The notes: a model not told the origin generated them from the letters alone. A stretch of 64,000 bases of DNA from Clostridia bacterium (GCA_030154225.1 JASKKI010000004.1:2710-66709); one strand, 5' to 3'; shown: positions 38,614 to 48,606, counted from the first letter of the stretch. Translations and numbers: made by a program.

Positions 38614-39378
38614 CTAAATAAAGGCCATTATAATCAATAATAAATCTATTATGCCAAATGTAATTATATAAACTTTGGAAAAACGATATTTGGGATTCAG
38701 TACCTGAAGCTTATTTTCATAACCCCTAGATAATAAGCTGATAAATAAGGCCTTTGATTTTAAGAAGGCTTTGCCCCATAAATTAGCAAAAAGAATCCCC
38801 AAGGAATAGATTGATCTTTTAAAATTACAATAACCCCAGCGAGATGACTGAGCAGTATAGATATTAAAGGCTGTTTCTATAAAAATAAAAATAAACCTAT
38901 AAACCAAAATCATTAGCTCAGTCACAATATTAGGCATTTTTAAAATTTCTAAAACATAAATTAATTCTATCATGGGTGTCGTTAATGCCAAAAAATACAG
39001 ACAAGAAATAGAACTTAAAGCTCTTAGCATAGTACTAATAGCAAGATTTAAGCTTTTAAAGGTAATCCCTAGATAATAAGTCCCCACCGGTATATATGCT
39101 AGCATATCATTTGGACTGAAACTAATTGAAATTGCAATAGTAACCACACCCAAGACTAAAAAACCCATTGGAATAAGCATTAGCCTAACTACCACAAAAC
39201 TAGGAATTTTAGCCCAATAAATCAAGAAACTTAACATAATAGTTACAATAATAAGGTTTATTAAAGGATTATTTGTTAATATACCGATTATCAATGTAAC
39301 AAAAGCAAAGATAAATCTCTCTAAAGGGTGTGAATTCCGTAATTTGTTGGTATAGACAAATTCATCAACATAGAGCAT
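38614..39378 (-). CDS. cbiQ: cobalt ECF transporter T component
   Basis: 254-aa polytopic membrane protein. Call rests on its position in the operon and its CbiQ-like size. Confidence 0.8.
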   Translation of the reverse strand: MLYVDEFVYTNKLRNSHPLERFIFAFVTLIIGILTNNPLINLIIVTIMLSFLIYWAKIPSFVVVRLMLIPMGFLVLGVVTIAISISFSPNDMLAYIPVGTYYLGITFKSLNLAISTMLRALSSISCLYFLALTTPMIELIYVLEILKMPNIVTELMILVYRFIFIFIETAFNIYTAQSSRWGYCNFKRSIYSLGILFANLWGKAFLKSKALFISLLSRGYENKLQVLNPKYRFSKVYIITFGIIDLLLIIMAFI

Positions 39379-39689
39379 TATTTATCACTAACCTTTTTTT
39401 GACCTCTTTTCAAACCAATGTAATAACCTAAAAATCCTGCACCTAAAGCTGCTTGTAGGGCAAACAGCAAACTTTCTGTTTCTCCTCCAGGGGGTTCCCA
39501 AAAGGAATTAAACCACGGTTTGTAGCTAGGATTAATTTCCTTTATCATTTCCTCTGCCGCTCCATCAGCACCACCAAACTCTGAGTTATTAATAACCAGT
39601 AAAGGAAGTAAAATTAAGAACACAACTAAAGAAAGTAAAACCAAGTTTTTACGTATTAAGGTCATTACTAAGACCTCCTTTGGTTTCAT
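39378..39689 (-). CDS. cbiN: cobalt transport protein CbiN
   Basis: About 95-103 aa with two TM segments and the [23 protein letters not shown] motif. The true start may be the internal ATG at 39665. Confidence 0.85.
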   Translation of the reverse strand: MKPKEVLVMTLIRKNLVLLSLVVFLILLPLLVINNSEFGGADGAAEEMIKEINPSYKPWFNSFWEPPGGETESLLFALQAALGAGFLGYYIGLKRGQKKVSDK

Positions 39690-40419
39690 TAAATATGTTT
39701 AATAGAGATAATTCACTTTTACTATAAGTAGCTAGGAAATTATATACAACCACTGTTAATAGTCCTTCACTTATAGCCAGTGGTATTTGAGTAAAAGCAA
39801 AGATACCGAGAAATTTACCAGCCGAGGCGACAACTCCTCCCACTTCTGCGGGAAAAGCAAGTGCCAACTGTAAAGAAGTAGTAAGATAAGTCATTAAATC
39901 TCCTAAAAAGGCCGCACAAAATATAGAAACACCATTGGAAAAACCCATTTTTTTAATAAACTTATATGTATAATAGGCAACAAAGGGCCCCACTATGGCC
40001 ATGGAAAAAGTATTGGCACCTAAAGTGGTAATTCCACCATGGGCTAATAATAATGCTTGAAATAGTAAAATAATACAACCTAATACACTCATTACATATG
40101 GCCCAAACAATACTGCACCTAACCCTACACCTGTAGGATGGGAGCTGCTTCCTGTTACCGAGGGTATTTTTAAAGCTGATAAAACAAAAGCAAATGCCCC
40201 CGAGACCCCTAATAACAATTTCAATTGGGGATTTTGGGATAACTTCCGGGAAATTGAAACAATTCCGAAAATAAGAAAGGGTAAACTAATAATTGTCCAA
40301 ATTAGGGCCCACTTTAACGGTAAAAACCCTTCCATTATGTGCATAGCAAATGCCGGCTTTGGTATTAAAATAAATAATCCTAAAATAAAAAAAGTCGTAA
40401 TGCACTTTTTAAGAATCAT
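39649..40419 (-). CDS. cbiM: cobalt ECF transporter substrate component CbiM
   Basis: Signal-like N-terminus followed by MHIMEGFLP (the conserved CbiM mature N-terminus). 7-TM profile. Confidence 0.9.
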   Translation of the reverse strand: MILKKCITTFFILGLFILIPKPAFAMHIMEGFLPLKWALIWTIISLPFLIFGIVSISRKLSQNPQLKLLLGVSGAFAFVLSALKIPSVTGSSSHPTGVGLGAVLFGPYVMSVLGCIILLFQALLLAHGGITTLGANTFSMAIVGPFVAYYTYKFIKKMGFSNGVSIFCAAFLGDLMTYLTTSLQLALAFPAEVGGVVASAGKFLGIFAFTQIPLAISEGLLTVVVYNFLATYSKSELSLLNIFNETKGGLSNDLNT

Positions 40420-40512
40420 TTATATCCCTCCAATTTTATTTTGGTATATAATACAAGCTTAATTTAATAATCAACCAGGTACCAATATAAACAACTCCTT
40501 TCCGGGAATGGA

Positions 40513-40785
40513 ATAAAAAATCCCTCAGCCTATTGCTGAGGGACGGTACCCGCATACCTTCTCTCAAGCAGCCTACCCTTCCCTAGATGGCAGCTTCCTT
40601 TTAGGCAGGTCTTCTGGCTCACGGGTCATTCTCCTCCCACGCCTTCCCATCCGGCACTCAATAATCATTTACCTTCCATTGAGTTCCGGACAGTGACATA
40701 ATGGGGATTTGTATCCGTTTACAGCGGCGGGTCCGCACCGGATTCTAACCGGTTTCCCTATTCTCCCATACAGGGCACCTAAAAG
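40513..40785 (-). promoter_or_regulatory. cobalamin (AdoCbl) riboswitch with terminator
   Basis: The minus strand reads GGTGCC...AATAGGGAAACCGGTTAGAATCCGGTGCGGACCCGCCGCTGTAAACGG...GTCACTG...GAGCCAGAAGACCTGCC (B12 box). It ends in the CCCTCAGC/GCTGAGGG hairpin plus T7 (40513-40543). Confidence 0.9.
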
Positions 40786-40857
40786 ATTTATTTATAATTA
40801 TTATTCACCTTTGGACAAATTATAACATAAATTCAGCATTTGCTCCAGAGATTATGT

Positions 40858-41820
40858 TTATTTTAGTGCTTCTTTTAGAACCATTAAATTTTCATACATA
40901 ATAGTAAAATAGTCTTTACCGGCCTCAATGTCTTCTTTTGTTAGATTTCCCAAAGGATTTAAAACCTTTGTATTTATACCTGCTTCCCTAGCTAATACGT
41001 CTGCCACTTTTGAGCTGATCAATGATTCAGTAAAAATATATTTTAGCTTATGTTCTTTTGTAACATTAATTAATTCTACCATTCTTTTTGGCGTAGGTTC
41101 AGTATGGGGATTTATTCCCATAATAGGGATTTGAATTAAACCATATCGCTTAGCCAGGTATCCAAAAGCAGCATGATTAACAATAAATTCTTTCCTAGTA
41201 ATATCCTGTAATCCCTCTTTAAAAGCTTTGTCTAACTGGTCCAATTCCTTTATTAATTTATAATAATTCTCCTCATAATAATCCTCATTAGCCGGGTCCT
41301 CTTTAATTATCGCATTTTTTATATTGTGAGCTATTACTTTACTATTAATAGGGTCTAACCATACATGGGGGTCAAATTCTTCCTCAAATTTCTCTTGTTC
41401 CTGTCCCTTTTCTTTTTCATCTTCGCCATGACCATGGTTATCTCCTTGCCCTTTTAATAATTGTATTCCTTCAGTGGCATTGACAACTTGCAAATTTTCG
41501 TTTTTTAAAACATCCGCTATCTTAACAATCCAATCCTCCATTCCAGCTCCATTAAATAATAATATACTAGTTTTTTCCAGACCAACTAAATCACTAGGTG
41601 TTGGTTCCCAGCTATGAGGGTCAACTCCTAAAGGAACTAAACTTTCCACTTTCATTTTCTCCCCGACAATCCTATGGGCAAAATAATACAAAGAATAATT
41701 GGCAGCTTTAATTGATGGCTTTATAACTTCATTACTTATGTTTTTACCAGTACTTAATGTACAACCAGAAATAATATTTAATATAAAGCTTAATAAAACA
41801 CCTAAAATTATTTTTTTCAT
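40858..41820 (-). CDS. metal (probably zinc) ABC transporter substrate-binding lipoprotein, ZnuA/TroA family
   Basis: Lipobox NIISGC. Conserved HSWEP and DPHVW metal-ligand regions. Acidic/His-rich loop GDNHGHGEDEKEKGQEQEKFEEEFDPHVW. Confidence 0.8.
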   Translation of the reverse strand: MKKIILGVLLSFILNIISGCTLSTGKNISNEVIKPSIKAANYSLYYFAHRIVGEKMKVESLVPLGVDPHSWEPTPSDLVGLEKTSILLFNGAGMEDWIVKIADVLKNENLQVVNATEGIQLLKGQGDNHGHGEDEKEKGQEQEKFEEEFDPHVWLDPINSKVIAHNIKNAIIKEDPANEDYYEENYYKLIKELDQLDKAFKEGLQDITRKEFIVNHAAFGYLAKRYGLIQIPIMGINPHTEPTPKRMVELINVTKEHKLKYIFTESLISSKVADVLAREAGINTKVLNPLGNLTKEDIEAGKDYFTIMYENLMVLKEALK

Positions 41821-41867
41821 TTACTGCCCTCCCTATAAAGAACTTTATACATACTATCTCAACCTTA

Positions 41868-41886
41868 TTGATAATAATTATTACAT
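41868..41886. promoter_or_regulatory. candidate Fur/Zur-family operator
   Basis: TTGATAATAATTATTACAT contains the perfect palindrome TAATAATTATTA, about 50 bp upstream of the znuA-like start. Resembles TGATAATnATTATCA-type boxes. Confidence 0.35.
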
Positions 41887-41959
41887 AGTATTTAATATTA
41901 TTTAATGTTTTCTATTATAAAATACTCTTTATTTTTAAGTCAATTATTTCCAAAATAAT

Positions 41960-41987
41960 AAAAACCCGGCTGCTGCCGGTTTTTTTA
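41960..41987. terminator. bidirectional intrinsic terminator
   Basis: CCGGC-TGCT-GCCGG hairpin flanked by A5 and T7 runs. Confidence 0.75.
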
Positions 41988-42000
41988 GTCATAACTATTT

Positions 42001-42657
42001 TTAGTGGCCAGACCTTTTTCTTTTAGCAAAAGCCAGGATAGCACCTAAAGCAATTGATAAAAAAGCTGCTAGTAACACCCTATATTCTCCAGGTAGCAAA
42101 AAGGTAATTGTATGAGCCGGTATCCAGAAAAATGGAATAGTTTTTAATACTACAAAAGAAATAAATCCGTTCCAATCAATATGTTCTACTACTTTAGCTA
42201 ACTGGATTCTAGGAACATTTCTAATCTCTCCATCTGCTAAGTCCAAATAAGTATCAGTAATTCTATGAAAGGCCATCATTACCGGTGCAAAAGCTAAATT
42301 CATGATAGTACTAGTAAAAAATGCAAAAGCCAATTTACCTTGACCAGGTAATAGTCCCTTTGTTAATGCAGCCGATACTCCACTGGCAAAAATATCAAAT
42401 ATTAAAACAAAGCTCATTCCCAAAAAACCCCAAATAATAGCTCTATAAAGGAGTCCAATAGGTCTTTTCCAAAAATTTGTTGCAATTCGTAAAGCCAGCA
42501 GTTCACCCATGGTAGCTAAAATAAATACTTTAATAAAGCCCATAAAGTAGGGGTGATTTTGAGTCATAGCCACAAATACCTGATGTGTCCAGGGAATAAT
42601 TAAAAATAAAATTACTAAACCCAGTACCCCCAACCAAATTAAATCACCTTTTTTCAA
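42001..42657 (-). CDS. hypothetical polytopic membrane protein
   Basis: A TTG at 42657 lies 9 nt after GAGGAG and gives MKKGDLIWLG.... The longer 241-aa form in the ORF track has no SD. Confidence 0.5.
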   Translation of the reverse strand: MKKGDLIWLGVLGLVILFLIIPWTHQVFVAMTQNHPYFMGFIKVFILATMGELLALRIATNFWKRPIGLLYRAIIWGFLGMSFVLIFDIFASGVSAALTKGLLPGQGKLAFAFFTSTIMNLAFAPVMMAFHRITDTYLDLADGEIRNVPRIQLAKVVEHIDWNGFISFVVLKTIPFFWIPAHTITFLLPGEYRVLLAAFLSIALGAILAFAKRKRSGH

Positions 42658-42791
42658 ATAATAACACTCCTCGATGCCTATTGTATACTTTACAAAAAAA
42701 TTGCATAAACAGTGTGAAATACACAAGCTTTCACACTGTCATGCACATAACACTTAAGCCATTACACGGGCGTACAGATTAACCCTAAACT

Positions 42792-43322
42792 TTAATGTTC
42801 CATTCCCTTTTTAATGGCATTTAAGTTTAGTTCTAATAGTTCCGGTTTTTTCTCACCAACAACTTCATATATAGCTTTCTTCACTTTCTCATAGTCAGTT
42901 AGGTTAAGATGAGGTAAAAGAGCACCTAAGCAAACCATATTGGCTATGCTGGAATTTCCCAACTCATTAGCAATTTCAGTAGCCGGAACTTTAATTATTT
43001 TTATATCATCTCGAATTTTGTTTAAATTAACAATGGAACTATTAATCACTAATACACCACCGGGCTTTATACGTCCAAGAAACTTTTCATAAGATGGCTG
43101 GTTTAATACTATTCCTCCATCAGCTTGGTCAATAACCGGAGAATGGATTTCTTCATCGGATAATATTACGGAACAATTGGCGGTACCACCACGCATTTCG
43201 GGACCATAAGATGGAATCCAGCATACATTGAGATCTGCTATCATCCCAGAAACGGCAAAAATCTTACCAATAAACATTACACCCTGTCCGCCAAAACCGG
43301 CTAACAACACTTTATCCATCAT
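42792..43322 (-). CDS. 2-oxoacid:ferredoxin oxidoreductase gamma subunit
   Basis: 176 aa. LLAGFGGQGVMFIGK N-terminus typical of POR/VOR/KOR gamma. Confidence 0.85.
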   Translation of the reverse strand: MMDKVLLAGFGGQGVMFIGKIFAVSGMIADLNVCWIPSYGPEMRGGTANCSVILSDEEIHSPVIDQADGGIVLNQPSYEKFLGRIKPGGVLVINSSIVNLNKIRDDIKIIKVPATEIANELGNSSIANMVCLGALLPHLNLTDYEKVKKAIYEVVGEKKPELLELNLNAIKKGMEH

Positions 43323-44071
43323 AGGTTTTTGACCTCCTCTGCTACTTTAAGTTCACCCATTTCATAGACTGGCATCATATTTTCTCTTAACCATTTCAAA
43401 CTATCTACAGGAGATAAACCCCAGTTAGTTGGACAGGTTGATAACACACTGACTAAAGCAAAACCTAAACCTGCTTGTTGTACTTGAAAGGCTTTTTTAA
43501 TGGCTTTTTTCGCCTGTAAAATGTTTTTCGGTGAATCTACGGAAACAGAAGCAACATACTTGACACCGTCTAAGGTGGCAATAGTTTTAGGTAGATCAAG
43601 GGGGTAACCATTAATGACTAAGTCTCTGCCATATGGACTGGTGGATGTTTTCATCCCTTCTAAGGTTGTTGGTGCCATTTGACCACCAGTCATACCATAA
43701 ATTGCATTATTAACCATGATGGAAGTAATTTTTTCTCCTCTAGCTGCCGTATGAATGGCATGCTGGGTACCAATAGCTGCTATATCTCCATCACCCTGGT
43801 AGGTAAATACAATTCTATCAGGTAAAGCCCTTTTTATACCTGTACCTACAGCTTGAGCTCTACCATGGGCAGCACCTACAAAATCACAACTGAAAAAGTC
43901 CTGACAAAAACCTGCACAACCCACAGGTGAAACACCTATGGTATCTTCAATTATTTCTAATTCCTCCAAGACTTCACCCACTAAACGCATAATAATACCA
44001 TGGGTACATCCAGGACAAAAGGAAAAAGCAACCTCTGTTAACCCTTTAGGTCTACCAAATACTTTTTGCAT
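43319..44071 (-). CDS. 2-oxoacid:ferredoxin oxidoreductase beta (TPP-binding) subunit
   Basis: CPGCTHG N-terminal Cys motif and GDGD TPP motif (YQGDGDIAAIG). Confidence 0.9.
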   Translation of the reverse strand: MQKVFGRPKGLTEVAFSFCPGCTHGIIMRLVGEVLEELEIIEDTIGVSPVGCAGFCQDFFSCDFVGAAHGRAQAVGTGIKRALPDRIVFTYQGDGDIAAIGTQHAIHTAARGEKITSIMVNNAIYGMTGGQMAPTTLEGMKTSTSPYGRDLVINGYPLDLPKTIATLDGVKYVASVSVDSPKNILQAKKAIKKAFQVQQAGLGFALVSVLSTCPTNWGLSPVDSLKWLRENMMPVYEMGELKVAEEVKNL

Positions 44072-44074
44072 AAC

Positions 44075-45145
44075 CTACACCTCCTCTGTTGACAACTTGA
44101 ATTGTTTTTCCAAAAATTCCAGAATTTCAGTTTCAGTAGGAAGCATACCACCTTGCCTCCGATACAGATATATCGGTACACAACAATCCATGGCAAGTTT
44201 TACATCTTCTATCATTTGACCAGTATTAAGTTCAACTGTTACTATTCCTTTGATTTTATTTTTATAAGGAATAAATGCTTTTTCAGGGAATGGCCATAAA
44301 GTGATGGGACGAATTAGTCCTAATTTTATTCCTTTTTTACGGGCATTTAAGACTACACTTTTAGAAATTCTACCGGTAGTACCATAACTAACAAGTAAAT
44401 ATTCAGCATCATCGGCATAAAACTCTTCCCAACGCTGTTCTTTTTCTTTGATACCATTAAATTTAGCTTCCCATCTTAGATTGTTGGCCTCACCAATTTC
44501 ATTGGTTAAAGAATAACTGGCAATTATTCTTTTTTCTCTACCTCTAGCCCCATCAACAACCCAACTTTTATCTACTTCCGGAGAAGTAGGCTTTTCTTTT
44601 AGCTCCACAGGTTCCATCATTTGCCCTAAGAAGCCATCAGTTAAAATTAAAACAGGATTTCTATACTTTTCAGCAAGATCAAAAGCTTCCAAAGTAAAAT
44701 CGTACAACTCCTGAGCTTTTGAAGGTGCTAAAACGATAAGCCGGTAGTCACCATGACCGCCACCTTTAGTAGATTGGAAATAATCTGATTGAGTTGGCCC
44801 TAGCCCCCCCAGACCAGGTCCTGTTCTATTTACATTTACTAATACCACAGGTAATTCTGCGGCTGCACAATAAGAGATTCCCTCTTGTTTCAAGCTTATA
44901 CCGGGACTGGATGAAGCAGTCATAACTCTAGTACCTGTACAAGCAGCACCATAACACATGTTAATTGCCCCTATTTCATCCTCAGCCTGTAAGACAGTCC
45001 CTCCTGCTTTAGGAAGGTTTTTTGCTAAATATTCAATGATTTCAGTTGAAGGTGTTATTGGATACCCAAAAAATAATTTACACCCGGCACGGATAGCTGC
45101 TTCTCCAATAATTTCATTACCTTTCATTAATACTCTATTACTCAT
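44075..45145 (-). CDS. 2-oxoacid:ferredoxin oxidoreductase alpha subunit
   Basis: Start chosen at MSNRVLMKGNE, with the ATG 8 nt after GAAAGGAG. GYPITPSTEI motif. Confidence 0.9.
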   Translation of the reverse strand: MSNRVLMKGNEIIGEAAIRAGCKLFFGYPITPSTEIIEYLAKNLPKAGGTVLQAEDEIGAINMCYGAACTGTRVMTASSSPGISLKQEGISYCAAAELPVVLVNVNRTGPGLGGLGPTQSDYFQSTKGGGHGDYRLIVLAPSKAQELYDFTLEAFDLAEKYRNPVLILTDGFLGQMMEPVELKEKPTSPEVDKSWVVDGARGREKRIIASYSLTNEIGEANNLRWEAKFNGIKEKEQRWEEFYADDAEYLLVSYGTTGRISKSVVLNARKKGIKLGLIRPITLWPFPEKAFIPYKNKIKGIVTVELNTGQMIEDVKLAMDCCVPIYLYRRQGGMLPTETEILEFLEKQFKLSTEEV

Positions 45146-45171
45146 GAAGTCAACTCCTTTCTCCAAGTCTT

Positions 45172-45378
45172 TTATTTATAAACTTCTATCGCTACATCTG
45201 GACAGACAATTCCACACAAGGTACAACCATTACATTTTTCTTCATCGACAACAATAGCTGTATAGTAGCCTTTTGCATTAGTTTTGTCACCAATTTGTAA
45301 AACTCCTTTAGGACAAATCTCCACACATAAACGACAGCTTTTACAATACTCACTTAAGACTTTTACCCTTGCCATCAT
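45172..45378 (-). CDS. 2-oxoacid:ferredoxin oxidoreductase delta subunit (2x[4Fe-4S] ferredoxin)
   Basis: CKSCRLCVEICP and CNGCTLCGIVCP. Start set at MMARVKV after AAGGGGGA. Confidence 0.8.
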   Translation of the reverse strand: MMARVKVLSEYCKSCRLCVEICPKGVLQIGDKTNAKGYYTAIVVDEEKCNGCTLCGIVCPDVAIEVYK

Positions 45379-45389
45379 AAATCCCCCTT

Positions 45390-46301
45390 TCATTCCTTTC
45401 CATAAGCTAAACAAGCTAAAGCAATGGAATTAAGTTTACCTATAGCGGTCTCGGCCCTTGAAGTCATAACAATGGGATTAGCAGCACCCAGAACCAACCC
45501 TGCCATCTTGGCTCCTGCATAATATATTAAGGTCTTACCACAGGCATTACCCGTTTCGATATTGGGCATCAAAAATAAGTCAACTTGGCCTGTTATTTTA
45601 CTTATAATCCCTTTATGCTTGGCAGCTTCCGAACTAACAGCTACATCCAGAGCAATAGGCCCTTCAACAACACTTGGAGGAAACTCACCGGCTTCCCACA
45701 TTTCTACCAAAGCTTGAGCATCTACAGTAGCAGGCATTTTGGGATTAACCTTTTCATTGGCTGTAAGTACAGCCACATTGGGTTTTTCTATACCCATTGC
45801 ATTAAGAGCAAGAATAGCATTAGTAAGAATATCTTTCTTTTGTTGTAAGTCAGGAGCAATGTTCATACCACCATCGGTATGGAAAATTAATCTATCCTGT
45901 CCCGGAACCTCAAAAGCAGCTAAATGACTGATTAACCTGCCTGTTCTCAAACCATCTCCTGGGTCTAAAACAGCCTTTAGAAAATCACTACTGTTAATAA
46001 GACCTTTCATCAATATTTGGGCCTCTCCCCTTTTGACCAGAGAAACCGCCTTTAAAGCTGCTTTGTTAATATCAGGTTCATCTATTACTGGAATATCCGA
46101 AGAGAAACCTATTTCTTCAAGCATCTCCGTTATTTCCCTCTTATCACCAACAAGAATAGCATTGGCTAAACCGGCATCCATAGCCAACTTAATTGCTTCT
46201 AAAACATCTTTATCCTGAGCAACTGCAACACTAATAGTTAAAGATTTCCGCCCTTTAACTTTTTCTAATATTTCATCAAAGCTATGATACAAGACCAACA
46301 C
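45390..46301 (-). CDS. ptb: phosphate butyryltransferase
   Basis: 303 aa, phosphate acyltransferase family. Adjacent to buk. Confidence 0.85.
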   Translation of the reverse strand: MLVLYHSFDEILEKVKGRKSLTISVAVAQDKDVLEAIKLAMDAGLANAILVGDKREITEMLEEIGFSSDIPVIDEPDINKAALKAVSLVKRGEAQILMKGLINSSDFLKAVLDPGDGLRTGRLISHLAAFEVPGQDRLIFHTDGGMNIAPDLQQKKDILTNAILALNAMGIEKPNVAVLTANEKVNPKMPATVDAQALVEMWEAGEFPPSVVEGPIALDVAVSSEAAKHKGIISKITGQVDLFLMPNIETGNACGKTLIYYAGAKMAGLVLGAANPIVMTSRAETAIGKLNSIALACLAYGKE

Positions 46302-46359
46302 CTCCTATATTCAGCAGAAGCTTAAAGTGAAAAAGATCTTACCACTGTTCCACTTTTAC

Positions 46360-47430
46360 TTATACATATTCCTTTGCTTGTTCTTCACCACGTAAAACCC
46401 GTAAAGCTCCTAAAGCTAAAGCTTCTAATTCTTCTTCACCAGGTAAAACAACTATTGGTGCAATAAACTTCACTTTTCTGGTAATGGCTTTTACAATTCT
46501 CTCTGAATTTGCCATTCCACCAGTTAAGATAATTCGGTCTACCTGTCCCTCTAAAACTGCAGACATAGCACCAATTTCTTTAGCAACCTGATAGGCCAGA
46601 GCATCTAAAATTAAATCCGCTTCTTTATTTCCCTGGGCGGCCATTGCTTCAGCTTCCCGTAAATCTGTAGTACCGAGGTAAGCATACATTCCACCTTTAC
46701 TTGATAGCTTTTCTTTCATTTCTTGGTATGTGTATTTGCCAGAATAACATAATTTAGTTAAAAGGCCAGCGGGTAAACCTCCACAACGATCAGCAGAAAA
46801 AGGCCCTTCTTCTTTGGCATTATTAACATCTATCATCTTTCCTTTTCTATGGGGTGTTACCGAAACTCCTGTACCCAAATGGGCCACTATCAAGTTTACC
46901 TCCTCATATTTTCTACCCATTTCCTTAGCCACTTTACGGGCTACTGCTTTCATATTTAAAGCATGGGATAAACTGACCCTTTCTAAATCAGGTAGCCCTG
47001 AAATTCTAGCCACTGGCTCCATTTCATCGACTGAAACGGGGTCAACAATAAAGGCTGGAATTCCTAATTGGTCCGCTAGATTTTTAGCCATAACTGCTCC
47101 CAGGTTGGAAGCATGTTCTCCCCGCTCGGCTTTTTCTAAATCCTCTATCATTTTGGTATTAACCCTGTATGTTCCACCCGCTAGAGGTTTTAGTAACCCT
47201 CCTCTTCCTACTACTGCTGCCAAGGTTTTAAGTTCAATATTTTCCTCATTTAATGCCTGCAAAATAAGTTCCAGGCGGTACTGATACTGGTCAACTACCC
47301 TGATAAAATTTTTTAAATCTTGAGTTGAGTGCTCTACAGTTTTCTTAAATATTTGTTGTTCATCTTCAAAAACGGCAAATTTTGTTGATGTAGCACCTGG
47401 ATTAATTACCAAAATTCTTTTCTTTGGCAT
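46360..47430 (-). CDS. buk: butyrate (branched-chain fatty acid) kinase
   Basis: ILVINPGATSTKFAVFE N-terminus and ASKHA-fold motifs (VAHLGTGVSV, ILTGGMA). Confidence 0.9.
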   Translation of the reverse strand: MPKKRILVINPGATSTKFAVFEDEQQIFKKTVEHSTQDLKNFIRVVDQYQYRLELILQALNEENIELKTLAAVVGRGGLLKPLAGGTYRVNTKMIEDLEKAERGEHASNLGAVMAKNLADQLGIPAFIVDPVSVDEMEPVARISGLPDLERVSLSHALNMKAVARKVAKEMGRKYEEVNLIVAHLGTGVSVTPHRKGKMIDVNNAKEEGPFSADRCGGLPAGLLTKLCYSGKYTYQEMKEKLSSKGGMYAYLGTTDLREAEAMAAQGNKEADLILDALAYQVAKEIGAMSAVLEGQVDRIILTGGMANSERIVKAITRKVKFIAPIVVLPGEEELEALALGALRVLRGEEQAKEYV

Positions 47431-47458
47431 TAAAACTTTACCCCCTTATTAATTAATT

Positions 47459-47527
47459 TGTTCTAATCAGCGGAACAGTGTTCCCGTTATTGAACATTTA
47501 ATTTAGGAACAATCTTAATTATGTTCC
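47459..47527. promoter_or_regulatory. array of GGAACA/TGTTCC half-sites in the buk leader
   Basis: TGTTC 47459-63; GGAACAGTGTTCC palindrome 47472-84; TGAACA 47491-96; GGAACA-n10-TGTTCC 47506-27. Confidence 0.4.
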
Positions 47528-47581
47528 AATTAGTATATATTTTAGATATAGTCATTTTTAAAAAACATCATACCAGTACTA

Positions 47582-47609
47582 ATTATATCACAACAGAAAA
47601 CAATTGTAA
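47582..47609 (-). promoter_or_regulatory. candidate promoter of the buk operon
   Basis: The minus strand reads TTACAA, a 16-nt spacer, then (TGa)TATAAT. Confidence 0.4.
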
Positions 47610-47632
47610 CAACTTTAAAAAACTTTCAATTA

Positions 47633-48403
47633 TTAAATCAATGAGGAAATCTGCCTGGTAACATCTTTAATTTCCTTTACAATTTCTTTAAATTTTTCTG
47701 ATTTAACCCTGGCTGTAGGCCCGGAAATACTTAAAGCAGCAATAGCTTCACCATCTCTTCCTATTATTGGAGCAGCAACACATGTTAATCCTAATTCTAA
47801 TTCTTCATCATCAATGGCATATCCATCTTTTTTAATTTTCTCCAGTTCTTTAAGTAGATCATCCCATTTTGTAATTGTTTTTTTTGTAAAACTTGGTAAT
47901 TCATTACCTATAAATTTTTCCAAATATTTGCCAGGAGTAAAAGCTAAAAGACATTTGCCGACAGCTGAAGAATGACAGCATGCACTTGAACCAATAGGTG
48001 GAGTTAAACTTAATACCTGTTGGCTCTCGATTTTTTCAATTATAATATGTTTAGGATAAACTTCAGCATTTTTATCGAGAATTGAAATATGAACAACTTC
48101 TTTGAATTTATCAGATAATGCTTTGGCATAAGGATAGGTCAATTTTTTTATGGTTAATTTATCTTTTATCAACATTCCTAAAGAGTATAATCTAAGTCCT
48201 AACCAGTACTTTCCATTATCAGGATTTTGTTGAACAAACCCTTTATTTTCAAGGGTAACCAATGTTCTATAAACTGTACTCTTATATACACCTAAGGCAC
48301 TACTGATCTGGGTTATTCCCATTTCCCGGCCCTCTTGTTGTAGTAAAAGAAGAATATCAAGGGCCCGGTCAACAGAATTTATTAATTCTTTAGCATTTGC
48401 CAT
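47633..48403 (-). CDS. IclR-family transcriptional regulator
   Basis: N-terminal wHTH (ALDILLLLQQEGREMGITQISSALGVYKSTVYRTLVTLE) with a C-terminal IclR effector domain. Confidence 0.85.
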   Translation of the reverse strand: MANAKELINSVDRALDILLLLQQEGREMGITQISSALGVYKSTVYRTLVTLENKGFVQQNPDNGKYWLGLRLYSLGMLIKDKLTIKKLTYPYAKALSDKFKEVVHISILDKNAEVYPKHIIIEKIESQQVLSLTPPIGSSACCHSSAVGKCLLAFTPGKYLEKFIGNELPSFTKKTITKWDDLLKELEKIKKDGYAIDDEELELGLTCVAAPIIGRDGEAIAALSISGPTARVKSEKFKEIVKEIKDVTRQISSLI

Positions 48404-48606
48404 AAACCCACCCCCTTACTTTTTAAAAATATTATAGATAATATTATATCAAAATCTTTGATTTTTTTCTTCGAGGCAAGCTCGAAGTAATTTAATAGAT
48501 TAAAGGCTGATTATATTGAAATATATAAGAGAATTTATTATTATACTTTTATAAAATATAATAAAAAAAACTTATTGCATTTTGCTGCGGCATTGGAGGA
48601 ATTACT

